Origin: Octopus bimaculoides
Lineage: Eukaryota
Assembly (NCBI RefSeq): GCF_001194135.2
Contig: NC_068981.1
Coordinates: 52,495,452 to 52,559,451, forward strand
Direction of reading: 5' to 3'
Length of the DNA: 64,000 nt
This document shows positions 1 through 12,110 of this stretch, piece by piece; position 1 is the first letter of the stretch; each line of letters starts with the position of its first letter. Below the pieces are notes generated by a model that worked only from the letters and a program-made list of their open reading frames with translations, was not told the DNA's origin and did no database searches. A program made the translations under genes and the position numbers.

Positions 1-281
1 ATACACACCATTAAAGTGAAAGTATGTCATTACAGTATCGAAATGTGATTGTTTCAGTTAGTGGAATAGTTTCATTTTTAAAGTGAAAGTATTTGACATG
101 AGTGTTTTTGTTTCACTTTTGACACGTAATACTTAAATAGTGGAGGAGATATGATGTTGCTGTGGGCATGTGTAAAATTTGAATGAAATTGGTTGTGTAG
201 TTCTCGAGTTTTAGGGGAACACACACACACACACACAGACAGACAGACAGACACACATTCTCATTTTTATATGTATAGATT
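1..281 (+). mobile_element. 3' part of a Helentron-associated (HINE/DINE-1-like) non-autonomous element with internal (CA)n/(CAGA)n microsatellite
   Basis: Pattern 'tgtaaaatttgaatgaaattggttgtgtag...gagtt...(ca)n(caga)n...cattctcatttttatatgtatagat' resembles the DINE-1/HINE 3' architecture; a related fragment occurs at 35440-35630. Confidence 0.5.
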
Positions 282-457
282 ATTTTCCCTTCTCACCCCG
301 GTCAAGCATGTGGAACAAACACAGAAATGGTTGCAAATTCAATAGCCTCACCTGCCCTTAACACTGTTCATGGACACTCACCACCACCAAGTGCAGAGGA
401 ACAGTAACTGCTGTGCTTCACTTTGCCTCTATTGTGGCTTCTACCATAATCTACAAT

Positions 458-549
458 TGTACAGGGATAGGCAGGACAGGGGAATAAGTCCAGACTGTCA
501 TGCTGTACAGGGATAGATGGGACAGTGGAATAAGTCCAGACTGTCATGC
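458..549. repeat. Tandem duplication, 2 x 46 bp
   Basis: 458-503 tgtacagggataggcaggacaggggaataagtccagactgtcatgc and 504-549 tgtacagggatagatgggacagtggaataagtccagactgtcatgc. Confidence 0.9.
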
Positions 550-1040
550 TGCACCCCATACAATTCATCACTGTGTGTCATAGTGTGCAGTATGATCCTC
601 AATTAGACAAAGATAGGGTATAACTGGGAAGATGGACCTGTGGGTCATATGCCATCATTCAGAAATTAGCTGCATACTAAATGAGTGCTTGATTAGAATT
701 GATTTGAGATTACATAACAGCACAATATATAGAAACAGCTTCAACAATGAAGCTATTTCAACATGTCACACTGCATGTCAGAATGTGCATTATAGTGTAT
801 CTCTAGTATTAAGTTTTTGTAATCCCTGCCACTGCCTTTATAACTTTTGAGTCAAAACCTTCCAATTTCTATAGTTTACCAAGTTGTCATACAGATTTTC
901 CATAGGACATTCACTCCTAAATTCCAATGTGATTGCTCAAGGTCAAAGATCAGAAAGCTGAGAAGAAATCTTTCCACAATTCTTCAATGCTGGCCCTAAT
1001 TAATTTTTAAGCAACTACCAACTCACGCAACTACCATATA

Positions 1041-1418
1041 GGTGCAGGAGTAGCTGTGTGGTAAGTAGCTTGCTTACTAACCACATGGTTCTGGGTTCAG
1101 TCCCACTGCGTGGCACCTTGGGCAAGTGTCTTCTACTATAGCCTTGGGCCGACCAAAGCCTTGTGAGTGGATTTGGTAGACGGAAACTGAAAGAAGCCCG
1201 TCGTATATATGTTGTTTGTGTGTCTGTGTTTGTCCCCCCACCATCGCTTGACAACCGATGGTGGTGTGTTTACATCCCTGTAACTTAGCGGTTCAGCAAA
1301 AGAGACCGATAGAATAAGTACTAGGCTTCCAAAGAATAAGTCCTGGGGTCGATTTACTCGACTAAAGGCGGTGCTTCAGCATGGCCGCAGTCAAATGACT
1401 GAAACAAGTAAAAAAGTA
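1041..1418 (+). mobile_element. tRNA-derived SINE (family A) with internal TA/TG microsatellite
   Basis: tRNA-like head (ggtgcaggagtagctgtgtggtaag...gggttcagtcccac), body and tail 'cagcatggccgcagtcaaatgactgaaacaagtaaaa'; at least five further copies in the window. Confidence 0.85.
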
Positions 1419-2054
1419 ACTCATTCATCCAAACTTAAGGTTTCTGCATAATAACTGGGAAAGATAAATGCTTATTTTGCTAGCAGACTATAAACTCCAC
1501 AAATTGGGCAGAGATTGAGGCTATCATGACTAAAACACAAACTGAGTCTTTAGATTCACTTAAATTTTGAATCTCTGACCCAAGGTGAGATGGTAGTTGT
1601 CATTTTTCAATTGTCATATTATAGAACTATTTTGGAAACCAAAATTTCTCACTCTGAATAACACTATGTAGAACAGAGTTTGCAGGTCATGACCAATCAT
1701 TCAATTGTTTTTCCAAATACCTACTGACCAGGGTGGGACACATATAATAAGAGAATAATTAAGGCAGCAGCAATAGAATTAGATACAATCTAATTGTCAA
1801 GATATTACATAAAATACTTTAGAAAATCTGACTGAAAATAACAGTGAATTTGAAAACGAAATATAAACCAATTATTGTATTGACATTTTCCACAAAAGAA
1901 TTTTTCTCTTTTTCCAACTGGGGTAGTCATGTATCTCCTCTATAGCAAGATACTTATCTCTACCCCTCTATTGCACTTCTTAACATTTCATCACCTGGCA
2001 CAAAGCCGCCTCTCTCAATACGACTTCCTCTTCTAGTCGAGGGATATTTGTCTT

Positions 2055-2215
2055 ACAGGTTAGTGACCTTGCCGGTGCTGGTGTTACATGAAAAGCATCC
2101 AGTGCACTGTAAAGTGGTTGGCGTTGGGAAGAGCACCCAACCATGTCAAACCGTGCCAAAGCAGCTCCTGTTAAACCCATGCCAGCAGGGAAAACGGATG
2201 TTGAATGCTGATAAT
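2055..2215 (+). mobile_element. Short RTE-tail-related SINE/3' fragment
   Basis: 'gtggttggcgttgggaagagcacccaacc...aacccatgccagcagggaaaacggatgttgaatgctgat' matches the RTE 3' end at 14200-14375. Confidence 0.65.
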
Positions 2216-3703
2216 TTATCTAAAGGAATTCATTTTAGTGTGTATATTATTTACTTTTTACAGTGGCACATAAAAAGAAGTGTAAAAAGTCCTCAGTGAA
2301 AATACCTAGTATTAAATTTTTGAACAGCCGAATGCTTTCATAAATAGATTAGGATTTCTTTGATAAGAAAATCAAAGAAAGAAACTAGCGATCTTAAATA
2401 TCTAATGCATGTTATCTCAAGTGAGTTCCAGTAATGTATTGCTTATAAGGTACTAGAAGCTAAATAAGGGGATACTTCTAGTTTTTATGCTCACCTGACA
2501 ATCACAAATATTGATACTTTAAAATTATTTTTCTTTTACAGATATTGATTTTAAAACTAAATATTAATTGCGGTTTCTAAATTAAGTCCATATTTCATTT
2601 TAACAAAAGAGCATATTTTCAAGATTTACTTTAAATAAGAACACTACAAGGAAACTATCCTTTGCAAAGGTCGTACAAAACCAACAACCTCCAATACCAA
2701 TGGCTCTTATTTTCTATCAATTGACAACCTAAAGGTCAATGTCAAAACATTCAATTACACCGAAGATTCCGGAGTTAAGTTATATAACTGCTATAATTCT
2801 AAAAGGAAAAAGAGAGGGTTAGAATATATTTAAAAAATATTAACTGACATTGATTCAAAAGGAAATTAAATCATCTTTTTATAGCAAAAGCAGACAGAAC
2901 ATTCAATATATCGTATTATTTTTATCTCTAGGTATCGAATTAATTATATTGAGAAAGGTGTGTTGTATTTCGAAGTAGATCATTTCTCTTCTGCTTTAAA
3001 TCTTATGATACAACACTGCATTAAAAATATTCAATTAAAATTCGTCTACTTCAAAACATACACGTAAATAGTATCTAAAGAATGTAAGGTGAAACAGAAT
3101 ATGTTTACACTTAAACGTATGTATATATACATATGGTTAACCCGTTATTAGAACAAAATAGTAGACTGTGGGCAAAGTCAGTTATTAATAACAAAGATTA
3201 TGAAAATGACGTTAAACGAAATGAAATGAATAAAATATACAATAGATTCGTAATTCATAGATCACATAAAGAATAGAGACATAGATACACAAAGAACAAT
3301 TTTAACAAATAAAAAAACGATTAAGTAATAATAATTTTTTTTAATTTTGAGAATTTAAAACTTCATCTGTGTATGTGTGTGTGTATGATGTGATATGTGT
3401 TGATAATGAGAATGAATTACTGGAGATTGCAAAATTTTAACCTATAACGGTAAAGACTATATCATTAAAACGGTTCGTAATTCATTATTAGCAAGTAATT
3501 GAATGAGTAGTGAAATTGGAAATGAAAAGGTTAGTAACAACTCCTCTCATCTGAAAGACCTTCATAAATATTAGACCTTCGCGTGACATTGTGGAAAGAC
3601 AGTACCTGGTTTAGAAATTTTGAAATCATTATGATATTCAATATTTTGATTTTAATGAAATGAGATAATAAAAAAGCATGAAAAGTAAACTTTTTAATCA
3701 TAC

Positions 3704-3775
3704 CTTTTGAATATGAAAGTTGGCCGGCCAGCGTGATAAAACGGGCCTCAGCCCATTATTGAGCAGCGAAGCCAT
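3704..3775 (-). CDS. Probable first coding exon of an unidentified gene, MASLLNNGLRPVLSRWPANFHIQK (mitochondrial-presequence-like)
   Basis: ATG at 3775 in context ttcgacATGG; 24 open codons ending AAG|gtatga (phase 0); no acidic residues, rich in R/L/S/A; lies in a CpG-retaining block. No next exon found at 1-3703. Confidence 0.65.
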
Positions 3776-4020
3776 GTCGAACAGAAGAGAGGGAGTACAA
3801 CCACAACGAGGCTACGCACGAGTGCAGCTCCAAACGCAGGAATTACCTCCCCTTTCAGGTCACTCTAATTTCTTTCCAAGAGGTTATTCAGAAAACTTTG
3901 AGAATTGGAGAATGACATGTCAGATATAAAACTGATTTTATCGATTACCAGTTGAACAATATGTTTAAGTTATGTTTCAGTGGTAAACTATTAGAAAACA
4001 CTGGTGATCACCAACATTGT

Positions 4021-4762
4021 TCCCACTTTCGGTGCTTCTTTGTTTCCAGGGCCCCATGAAAGTGTTTACTTTGTTAAAAGTAAAGGTGTTTCCCAAAGTT
4101 AAAGAGTGTTTTCTTTTGCGAATGGGTTTTCATTCGCAAAGAAGGAGAAAATGTTTTCCCAGGTTAAAAGTGAGTCTGTTTTTTAAATGATAAGTTTTGA
4201 AAAAATAGATTCAATCTTTTTTTTTAATGATTGTTTATATCCGTTGTTAAGAAAGGCGTAACATTACATATTCTCGACTGAACGACATTACTGTACGTTT
4301 GTGCCCCGCCTCCGACATTAAATGTGACTGTTCGCAATGAATTTCTTTCAACGAAGTCTTAGGTTTATCTCCGTAAGCATCCACAGTACAACAGGATTCT
4401 TTAGTGAGCTTCATGTAGTCACTACACGAACTAAGTCGAATGCGATGACAAAGACCATAATTTTGAAGAAAAGTAATTGCATTTCGTGTATTTGTATAGT
4501 AATTGTATCTCTACTGTTAACACTTGATACAGTTGGGTAGTTTATAACCGTGCCTTTGTTCACTTCAAAACAGTTTACAAACGTTAACAGTAAGAAAAGG
4601 GTTAATAATAATAATAAAAAAGCTAGCATTCTACTGCCTACTGTTAACGACTTTTATTCCTTAATAATTTCTATTTTTGTAAAACACTTTTATCTACACT
4701 TTTGACAAAAGTAAACACTTTATTTTCATGGTTCCCAGGAAACCCAGGAGTGTCCCACTTTC
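4021..4762. mobile_element. ~720-bp non-autonomous TIR element with 10-bp target-site duplication (Mutator/MULE-like)
   Basis: Direct repeat tcccactttc at 4021-4030 and 4753-4762; imperfect inverted ends (tttccagggccccatgaaagtgtttactttgttaaaag vs cttttgacaaaagtaaacactttattttcatggttcccaggaaa); 9-11 bp TSDs are typical of MULEs. Confidence 0.65.
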
Positions 4763-5919
4763 TGTTCTTAGTGAAACTTTCTTTCTTATCTCTTGACACG
4801 TTATGGGGACTTGTGACTGATACTTTTTTTTCATGACATTTTGATGCAAACGATCAAAATATTACGGCAAATATTACGTGTTGCTCAGGAGATTACTTAC
4901 CTGGCCTTATGACCTTGGTCAAGATAATTTTGGTTTCATAATTACTATAAAAATAAATCGTGCTTATTCTTTATTACAGATTAAAAACAATTTACAAGTG
5001 GATGATTTTATTTTTTATTGTCGAAAGCCTTACAGAGGGAATTTATCAATTTTATGGAAATTATTATTATAAATCTTAAATAACTGGAATCGGTATTGTG
5101 CTGAGAGAAATCCTTGGCGAGTCAATAATGCAACTAATTTCTTCATTCCACTTATTGTAGCTATTTCACTTAATAAGTTCCTTTAACGACCACCTTTCCC
5201 TCATAGTTCTAGTCCTTAGCTCTACCTAAGAAGTCTATATTTTATAAATGTCTACTTTCTAAGGAAATGCATTAATTTTAAATAAGAAAGAAATTCTTAT
5301 TTTTCTCAAAAACTTTCGGGGATGCGGGGTGATTATAATACCTTGAAAGAACTGGAAAGGCTAACGACTGATCTACAACCAAGTTGGGTCTCATTGGGTT
5401 GGATGGATTTGAAACAATACATGCTTTTTCTATAATTGATGAAATATTAGTCAAAACACAGAATAAATAACCAGGTGTTATAGATATGGCAACAGGTGTT
5501 TGAGTACAATTACCTGTTTATTGTAAAAGTATATGAAGAACTTGTTAGTATTCCAAATCTTGAAACTATAATTCCAGTCACAAGAGAACCATAATTTAAA
5601 TTGAAGGACCAACCCTGTTTTGTTTGGTAAAGCAGCAGAATCAGGGAACTAGCTACATGCATCAGTAAAAATTAATACAAATAGTCCAAAAAAGTGTTTA
5701 GTTAGGTATTCATAGTGGGCTTAAAGGAATTCTATAATTATTACAAAAAGTTTTCCAAGATAAAATTGATTGCATGTATATGTATAAGCTCAGTTAAAAT
5801 GTTGTTAAAAGATGTTTTTTTGTTTTTAGTAACCTAAGAGCTCATGACTTTTGCAGCATCTTATGTGAGAGATACTTGTATGCAGAAAAAAAAATATAGA
5901 ACAGGAAGGGAATTCTTGA

Positions 5920-7670
5920 AGGTTGCATTTCTGGAGAAGGAAGGCTTGAAGTGTTTAGCATAAGATCTGGGCAGGGCATAAAACTGCATTATGATTATGA
6001 AAAGAGGAAGAGAGACACATGGGTTTCAGTGGGAAAATATGCAGCTAGCAAGTTCAAAATTGGCAAAAAGAACAGAACGTTTGTAAGCTTGTCGACGGGC
6101 AAAGAAACAGGCTTGGAGGAGTGGTGGTAGCAAAGAACTACATCAAGTAGCTAGAAGGGAAGCTAGAAGACGGGTATACTTTGCCAGGGGAGAAGCAGAA
6201 AGGAAGAAGTTTGCCAATGTTCTGCAGCATGAGGACCAGAGACTTTAAGTATTTTGGATTGTAAGATAGTGTACCTGAGAGAATCATGAGGTAGAAAAGA
6301 AGTGTCTTTGCATGGATGACGGCTCACTTGCAGTTAGCAATTCTGCAAAGAAAGAGGCTTGGAATTACCTCTATGAATGATTGCTAAATATAAAGAATGT
6401 ATGGGAGAAGGAGAGCTTGCCTAGCATGGACCTAACAAAGGGATTGGCTATCCAAATCAACAGTAGCTTGGTAGATAAAGCAATTAAGGATATGAAGACA
6501 GGGAAGGATATGGCCTAGTCACCTGTATAATTAATCAGGTTGTCCATGCGGGAGCCATATTCAACAACTGGTGTAGCAGCATTATAGTCATCTGCTACAA
6601 AGGTAAAGGTGATGACTCAAGCAGAAATAATTACAGAGGCACCAAACTGCTGGACGAGGTGATGAAAGTTACAGAGAGGGTTAATTAATCAGGAAGAAAG
6701 TTAACCTAGATGAGATGCAGTTTGATTTTGTGCCAGGAAGAAGCACTATTAATGGTAAGGCACCTGCAAGAGAAGTATTTGGCCAAAAATAAACCTCTGT
6801 ACTCAGCTTTTGTTGACATGGAGAAAGCCTTTGACAAGATCCCCTACTCCCTTATCTTGTGGACAATACAGAAGATAGGGATAGATAAGTGGTTGGTGAG
6901 AGCTGTAAAAGCCATGTACAGGGATGCTGTCAGTAAGGTGAAAGTTGGCAATGAGTATAGCAAAGAATTTAGTGTACAGGTAGGAGTTCACCAGGGATTG
7001 ATTCTCAACCCCCTCTTGTTTATCATAGTCCATCAGGCCATAACAGGAATTTAAGACAGGCTGCTCTTAGGAACTCCTCTACACTGATGACCTTGTTCTT
7101 ATTGCTGAATCATTACCAGAATTAGAGAAGACATGTGGAAGCAAGGCAAAGTCCTACTAAGTAGGAAAACAGACAAGTCACTGATCCCTTCAGGGAGATG
7201 GTCCTGTTCAATATTTAGAAAAGTTGATGGTAGAAATTCTGTACAGTGTACTAAGTGCAAGCTATGGATGCATAAAAGGTGCGACAATATCACAGGAAAA
7301 TTAATGGAAAAAGCTGTCTTTATATGTGGCAGATGTGCAGGTGTATTAAACACCAGGAATGTTGAGAAAATAGACTCCTTCAAATGTATGGGTGTATCCT
7401 TAAAAGTGGTAGGCAATTTCTGTTATTTGGGTGATCAAGTTAGCAGTGGTGGAGGTAGTTCTGAAAGAGTAGCTGCTAAAATAAGAACAGGCTGGACAAA
7501 TTTCAGAGAGCTGCTACATTTGTTAGTAACAAAGAACATCTCCCTCAGAGTGAAAGGTAGATTGTATGATGCCTATCCATGCTACATAGTTACGCTACAT
7601 AGTAGTAAGACATGGGCTTTGACTACTGAGGATATGTGAAGGCTTTAAAGAAATGAATCCCGCATGCTCC
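5920..7670 (+). mobile_element. Decayed RTE-clade LINE, reverse transcriptase region
   Basis: ORFs 6710-7054 (AFVDMEKAFDKIP...VGVHQGLILNPLLF) and 7133-7639 (FCYLGDQVS...KGRLYDA); YTDDLV motif at ~7080; frameshifts and stops. Confidence 0.9.
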
Positions 7671-8575
7671 ATCATCATCGTCATTTAATGTCTGTTTTCC
7701 ATGCTGGCATGGGTTGGACAGTTTGACTGAGGTCTGGAGAGCCAGCAGCTGTCCCAGGCTCCAATCTCATCTGACAATGTTTCTACAACTGGATGCCCTT
7801 CCTAACACCAACCATTCCGAGAGTGCAGTGGGTGCGTTTCACATGCCACCGGCACAGGAGCCAGTCAGGTGAGCCTGGCATCGTTCATATTCAGATAGTG
7901 CATTGATCATATTCAGATAGTGCCAGTTAGGTGGCACTGGCATCAGCCACGTTTGGATGGTGCTTTTTATGTGCCAGTCAGGCGGCCCTGGCATCAACCA
8001 CATTCAGATGGTTCTTTTTACGTTTCACTGACACAGGAGCCAGTCATAGAGCACTGGCCACAGCTACGATATTGGTTTTACTTGTCTCAGCAGGTCGTCT
8101 CTTCTCAAGTATATATCGCCCGATGCATCAAGGGTACTCTTAAATGGGTCAGGCATGCAATACTGGCATCAGCCATGGCTGTGATCTCACTTTAGTTGCT
8201 AGGTCTTCTCAATCACAGCATATCTCTAAAGGTCTCGGAAGGAATCTGTTTTCTGTACATCTTCAGTATTTATTGCTCCTGTGCATCTGCCACACATAAA
8301 AACTGTCTTCCCGGTTAACTTTCCTTTGATATTGTTGCACCTTTTATGTAGCTTGCACAGGTACATCGTATAGAGTTTCTACCCATGCCTTTTCTACAGA
8401 TCAAGCAGAGCCATCTACCTGAAGGGGTTTGTGATTTGTCAGCCTTCCTACTTACTAATACTTTGGTTTTTGCTTGGTTAACTCTAAGGCCCTTCGATTC
8501 TAGACCTTGCCTCCACACCCTAAACTTCATCTCTAGTTCTGGCAGTGAATCAGCTATTAGAGCAAGGTCATCCTA
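7671..8575 (-). mobile_element. RTE LINE fragment with 3' UTR and (GAT)n tail, internally deleted
   Basis: catcatc tail at 7671; RT fragment in ORF 8315-8530 (WRQGLESKGLRVNQAKTKVLVS) homologous to 7100-7260. Confidence 0.85.
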
Positions 8576-8584
8576 GTTTTGCGG

Positions 8585-8826
8585 GCTTTTGGATTCTAAT
8601 GCTACGTAACAGCACCCATGCTGGTACCACATAAAGCGCCCATGCTCGTGCCACGTAAAAGCACCTAGTACACTCTGCAAAGTGGTTGGCATTAGGATGG
8701 GCATCCAGCCATAAAAACCATGCCAAGACAAACAAATGGGGCCTGGGAAGCCCTCCAGCTAACTGACTCCTGTCAAATTGTCCAACCCATGCCAGCATAG
8801 AGAACAGACATTAAATGATGATGATC
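8585..8826 (+). mobile_element. RTE-tail-related SINE ending in (GAT)n
   Basis: 'gccacgtaaaagcacc...ccaacccatgccagcatagagaacagacattaaatgatgatgat'. Confidence 0.75.
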
Positions 8827-9314
8827 TATTGCTAGTTGTTGATTCAGTGAATTTACTAACACTGGTGAAATAAGGGTAGTGAGAGATTTTGTATGGATTT
8901 TGTTGAGTGTACAAGGTGAATAGTTGAAATTAAAATTGGTGGTACATATGGAGGTGTGTGTGTATATGATGTTCGACAAGTAGTTGAGCATTTGATCACT
9001 TAAGAGAGTAAAGATATTATTGACCAGAAACACAGAAAGCCTTGTGAAATTCAGCTATCCAGGTTTCTTGGCTGGAATACTAAATTTATTTAACAATTTT
9101 TTTAAGCTGGTTATGTCAACAAAGCAGTTTAATAGCTGCATTTGATGTAAGCAAAGTTTGACTGAGCATGCTTGGTTTGAGAAAATACACAGTGATTATG
9201 GGGAGATAATTTACTGACCAGCAAATATAGACAATCTCATGAGTAGTGAAAATTTTGTAAACCAACGTTGGAATGTACTATGGTTTGCCTGATGGCTTGT
9301 CTTTAATTCCTATT

Positions 9315-9375
9315 AAAATAGGGGAAAGTTATTCTCTTTTAGTGCCTTATAATTTAACACACTCACCGGTAAAAT
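9315..9375. mobile_element. Solo terminal repeat of the MITE family seen at 15675-15898
   Basis: 'ggggaaagttattctcttttagtgccttataatttaacacactcaccggt' matches the MITE arm. Confidence 0.65.
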
Positions 9376-9622
9376 ATAGACATGAGAAAATTTCACTCTT
9401 GGTATTTATACAGTCCCTGGAGGTTCTTAGGTTCTTTAAAAGATACAGTTTTTCGAGTGAATATACAGAATAATGTTAAGAATTCCCAAGGTATTTATCT
9501 AATATCATATAAGCTGGGTTCACTGCGACTTTTAATACAATCTCTTAATCACTATACATATTGCATTTCTAAATATTTGGATGTGTGGGTTTCCTTTGAG
9601 CGCTCTGGTTTCTGCACATTTG

Positions 9623-9896
9623 TCATCATCATTGTTTAACGTCCGCTTTCCATGCTAGCGTGGGTTGGACGATTTGACTGAGGACTGACGAACCAGATGG
9701 CTGAGAATGTAGTGGGTGCTTTTACGTGCCACCGGCACGAGGGTCAGTCGGGTGGTACTGGCAATGGCCACGCTCGAATGGTGTTTTTTATGTGCCACTT
9801 GCACAGGAATCAATCCAGCGGCACTGGCAACGACCTCGCTTGAATGTTTTGTTCACGTGCCACCAGCACAAGTGCCAGTAAGGTGACACTGGTAAC
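9623..9896 (-). mobile_element. RTE 3' UTR fragment
   Basis: 'tcatcatcattgtttaacgtccgctttccatgctagcgtgggttggacg...' same family as 38428-38810 and 62627-63088. Confidence 0.85.
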
Positions 9897-10194
9897 ATAA
9901 GGATTTTATTTCTATGAGTGCTTTTACTTTCTAACACTCCTGTTTTTACTCATTTCTCAAGCTATTTTAAGAATTAAGGAATATCAGGAATAAAAGATTA
10001 AGTAAATATTTTGTTTTTTAATTTGCATGAATTAGAACCATGTAATTTTTCACATTTAAATTATGAAATATACTTTTTATATCAATAGTGCTATGCATTA
10101 GACATTGCACAGTTGAAAATGCCTTCACTTTATAGCTACTGTTCAGTTTGAACAACACCAACTATTGTTAGTATACACACACACACACACACAC

Positions 10195-10368
10195 NNNNNN
10201 NNNNNNNNNNNNNNNNNNNNNNNNNNNNNNNNNNNNNNNNNNNNNNNNNNNNNNNNNNNNNNNNNNNNNNNNNNNNNNNNNNNNNNNNNNNNNNNNNNNN
10301 NNNNNNNNNNNNNNNNNNNNNNNNNNNNNNNNNNNNNNNNNNNNNNNNNNNNNNNNNNNNNNNNNNNN
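10195..10368. other. Assembly gap between (CA)n and (CAT)n microsatellites
   Basis: Run of N. Confidence 1.
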
Positions 10369-10422
<54 letters not shown>

Positions 10423-10575
10423 TTAATATCCATGTTCTATATTTGCATGGGTTGGATGGTTTGACTGAATTCCATGAGCCCAAGAGCCATATCATGCTCC
10501 AATGTCTGTTTAGCATGGTTTCTATGGCTGGAAGACCTTTCTAATGTCAACCACTTTACAGTGTGTGCTAGATAC
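10369..10575 (-). mobile_element. RTE-tail-related SINE with long (CAT)n tail
   Basis: (cat)n at 10369-10421 followed by 'ttaatatccatgttctatatttgcatgggttggatgg'. Confidence 0.75.
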
Positions 10576-10584
10576 TCAGCTGTC

Positions 10585-11050
10585 TGGATTACTCCTCTCA
10601 ACTGTGGTCACTCTACAGTGTCAAATTAATAGTAGAACTTGAGGCAGTTCAGTGGTGTTACACCAAGTAGATTGCATCAATGGAACAACTGAGCTACAGG
10701 AAGAGACTGAAAGAGCTGTGACTCTACTCCCTGGAGTGGAGACAGGAGAGGTATGCAGATCCTGGAGGGGCTAGTACCAAACTTTGGCATTGAGAGCTAT
10801 ACCAGCCACCAAACTGGATGTCACTGCACTGTTCCAAAGGTCCCAGCTATCCTGTCTAGAGTGAAGACTATGTACTGCAACAGCTTGGGATTCAAGGACC
10901 CATAGCTAGTTAAGGCCTTGCTAAAACATCTGAGGCATCTTCATGGAGTAGGGGTAGATGTTTTCAAGAAACAACTTGACCTCCTGCTATCCAAGGTCCC
11001 AGATGAACCAATATCAAGGTAGGAGACTCATGTGAAATGCAATACTGCAT
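10585..11050 (+). mobile_element. Decayed CR1-clade LINE 3' fragment
   Basis: Translates as SQLWSLYSVKLIVELEAVQWCYTK*IASMEQLSYRKRLKEL*LYSLEWRQERY, the CR1-type post-RT motif. Confidence 0.7.
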
Positions 11051-11889
11051 GGTAGTGAGATGTATCCACTGAATGCAGAGGATGCACAAAGGTAGGAAAG
11101 AAATGAAGCAATCATGCTCCACAGGACAATGTGTCATGTTACAGTGCATAATTGATGAAACATAGATGATCTGAGAGGAAAACAAAATATCACAGGAATC
11201 ATATGTAGTGTGCATATGGATGATGACGCATGAGTTTTCTTCCTCTTTTTCCATGTGACAGGTCATTGTGTTAAAAAGAATTGGTCTCATTTAAGTGAGC
11301 ATAAAAATAATGATATACATATATTCAGTGTCTTATTTGAAACAAACTACTTCAAGTTTCATGTTAGGAAGAAGATATCTGGCTTAGTTTAGCTGAAGCT
11401 ATTGCCATCATTCTCTATCATTCCTCAGGTCTGTCCTCAAATATGGCTACTGGTAGTGTGAAATTTTGTGAGAAAAAACAAAAAAATTTACTTGAAAGTG
11501 AATATATGTTTGCATGGAAAGGAGTTAACTCAGCTGTATTTAAAAGTTGTACTCCTTGCAGCATCAGCAAATATTTAATTTAATGAATCCTAAAGAATAT
11601 TTGCTAAGTAATTTGTATTGAATTTACTTAATTATTTACCTTTATTGTTGTCATGTCTAAGTGGGCATATCAAGATACCACTGGCAGTGGTATGTTAATA
11701 TGCCCAATTTGTATGTTTATTGAAGTGAAGGTATATGCATTGAGCAGGTTTAGTGTGAGAATGGAGTAGTAGTCTGGTTAATTGTTGTGTAGACATCCTT
11801 GTGTAGGAGGTGTCTTCCAAATGAATAAAATAAATTTTAATGGATACATCTGGTGAAAGATTTTATAATCAAAGTCATTATTCAAGTGC

Positions 11890-12110
11890 AATGTGTAAAG
11901 AAATGCTATGATATTAGCAAACCACATGTGGAAACTGAGTGACAACATCAAATGGAGGTTTCTTGAAATATCAAAGCCATATGCAGATGGAATGAGATGC
12001 AGCTTCTGTACTGCTGAAAGGATACATGTCTAGCTAAGTCAAAGAGTCAAAACACCTATTTAATTTCCAAAACTGAGATTTTCATCAGGTGTCTCCATGA
12101 AAGGAAACCA
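11890..12110 (+). mobile_element. Decayed Penelope-like element, C-terminal part of the GIY-YIG region
   Basis: LANHMWKLSDNIKWRFLEISKPYADGMRCSFCTAERIHV and, after a frameshift, LISKTEIFIRCLH; resembles the PLE motif LSKHIW..IKW..PY..C.LC..EK..SEI.SKCRH as recalled. Confidence 0.55.

Larger units (their letters stand above)
2650..5370. promoter_or_regulatory. CpG-retaining (probably unmethylated) promoter/5' domain, densest at 3720-3850
   Basis: CpGs are visibly frequent here (e.g. ggccggccagcg, ctacgcacgag, gccccgcctccgac) and scarce in most non-repeat, non-exon DNA of the window; surrounds the ATG at 3775. Confidence 0.55.

Noticed and set aside
2700-2820. Strong minus-strand acceptor (ctctctttttccttttag) as exon 2 of the 3775 gene
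   Set aside because: Phase-0 reading hits TAA after 7 codons, the neighbouring acceptors also stop quickly, and there is no good donor
3720-3929. + strand 69-aa ORF (MAGQRDKTG...)
   Set aside because: No recognisable motif; better explained as the antisense of the minus-strand first exon, which has a proper donor and presequence character
10136-10516. Poly-His, poly-Asp and poly-Met ORFs
   Set aside because: Translations of a (CAT)n tail plus an N gap
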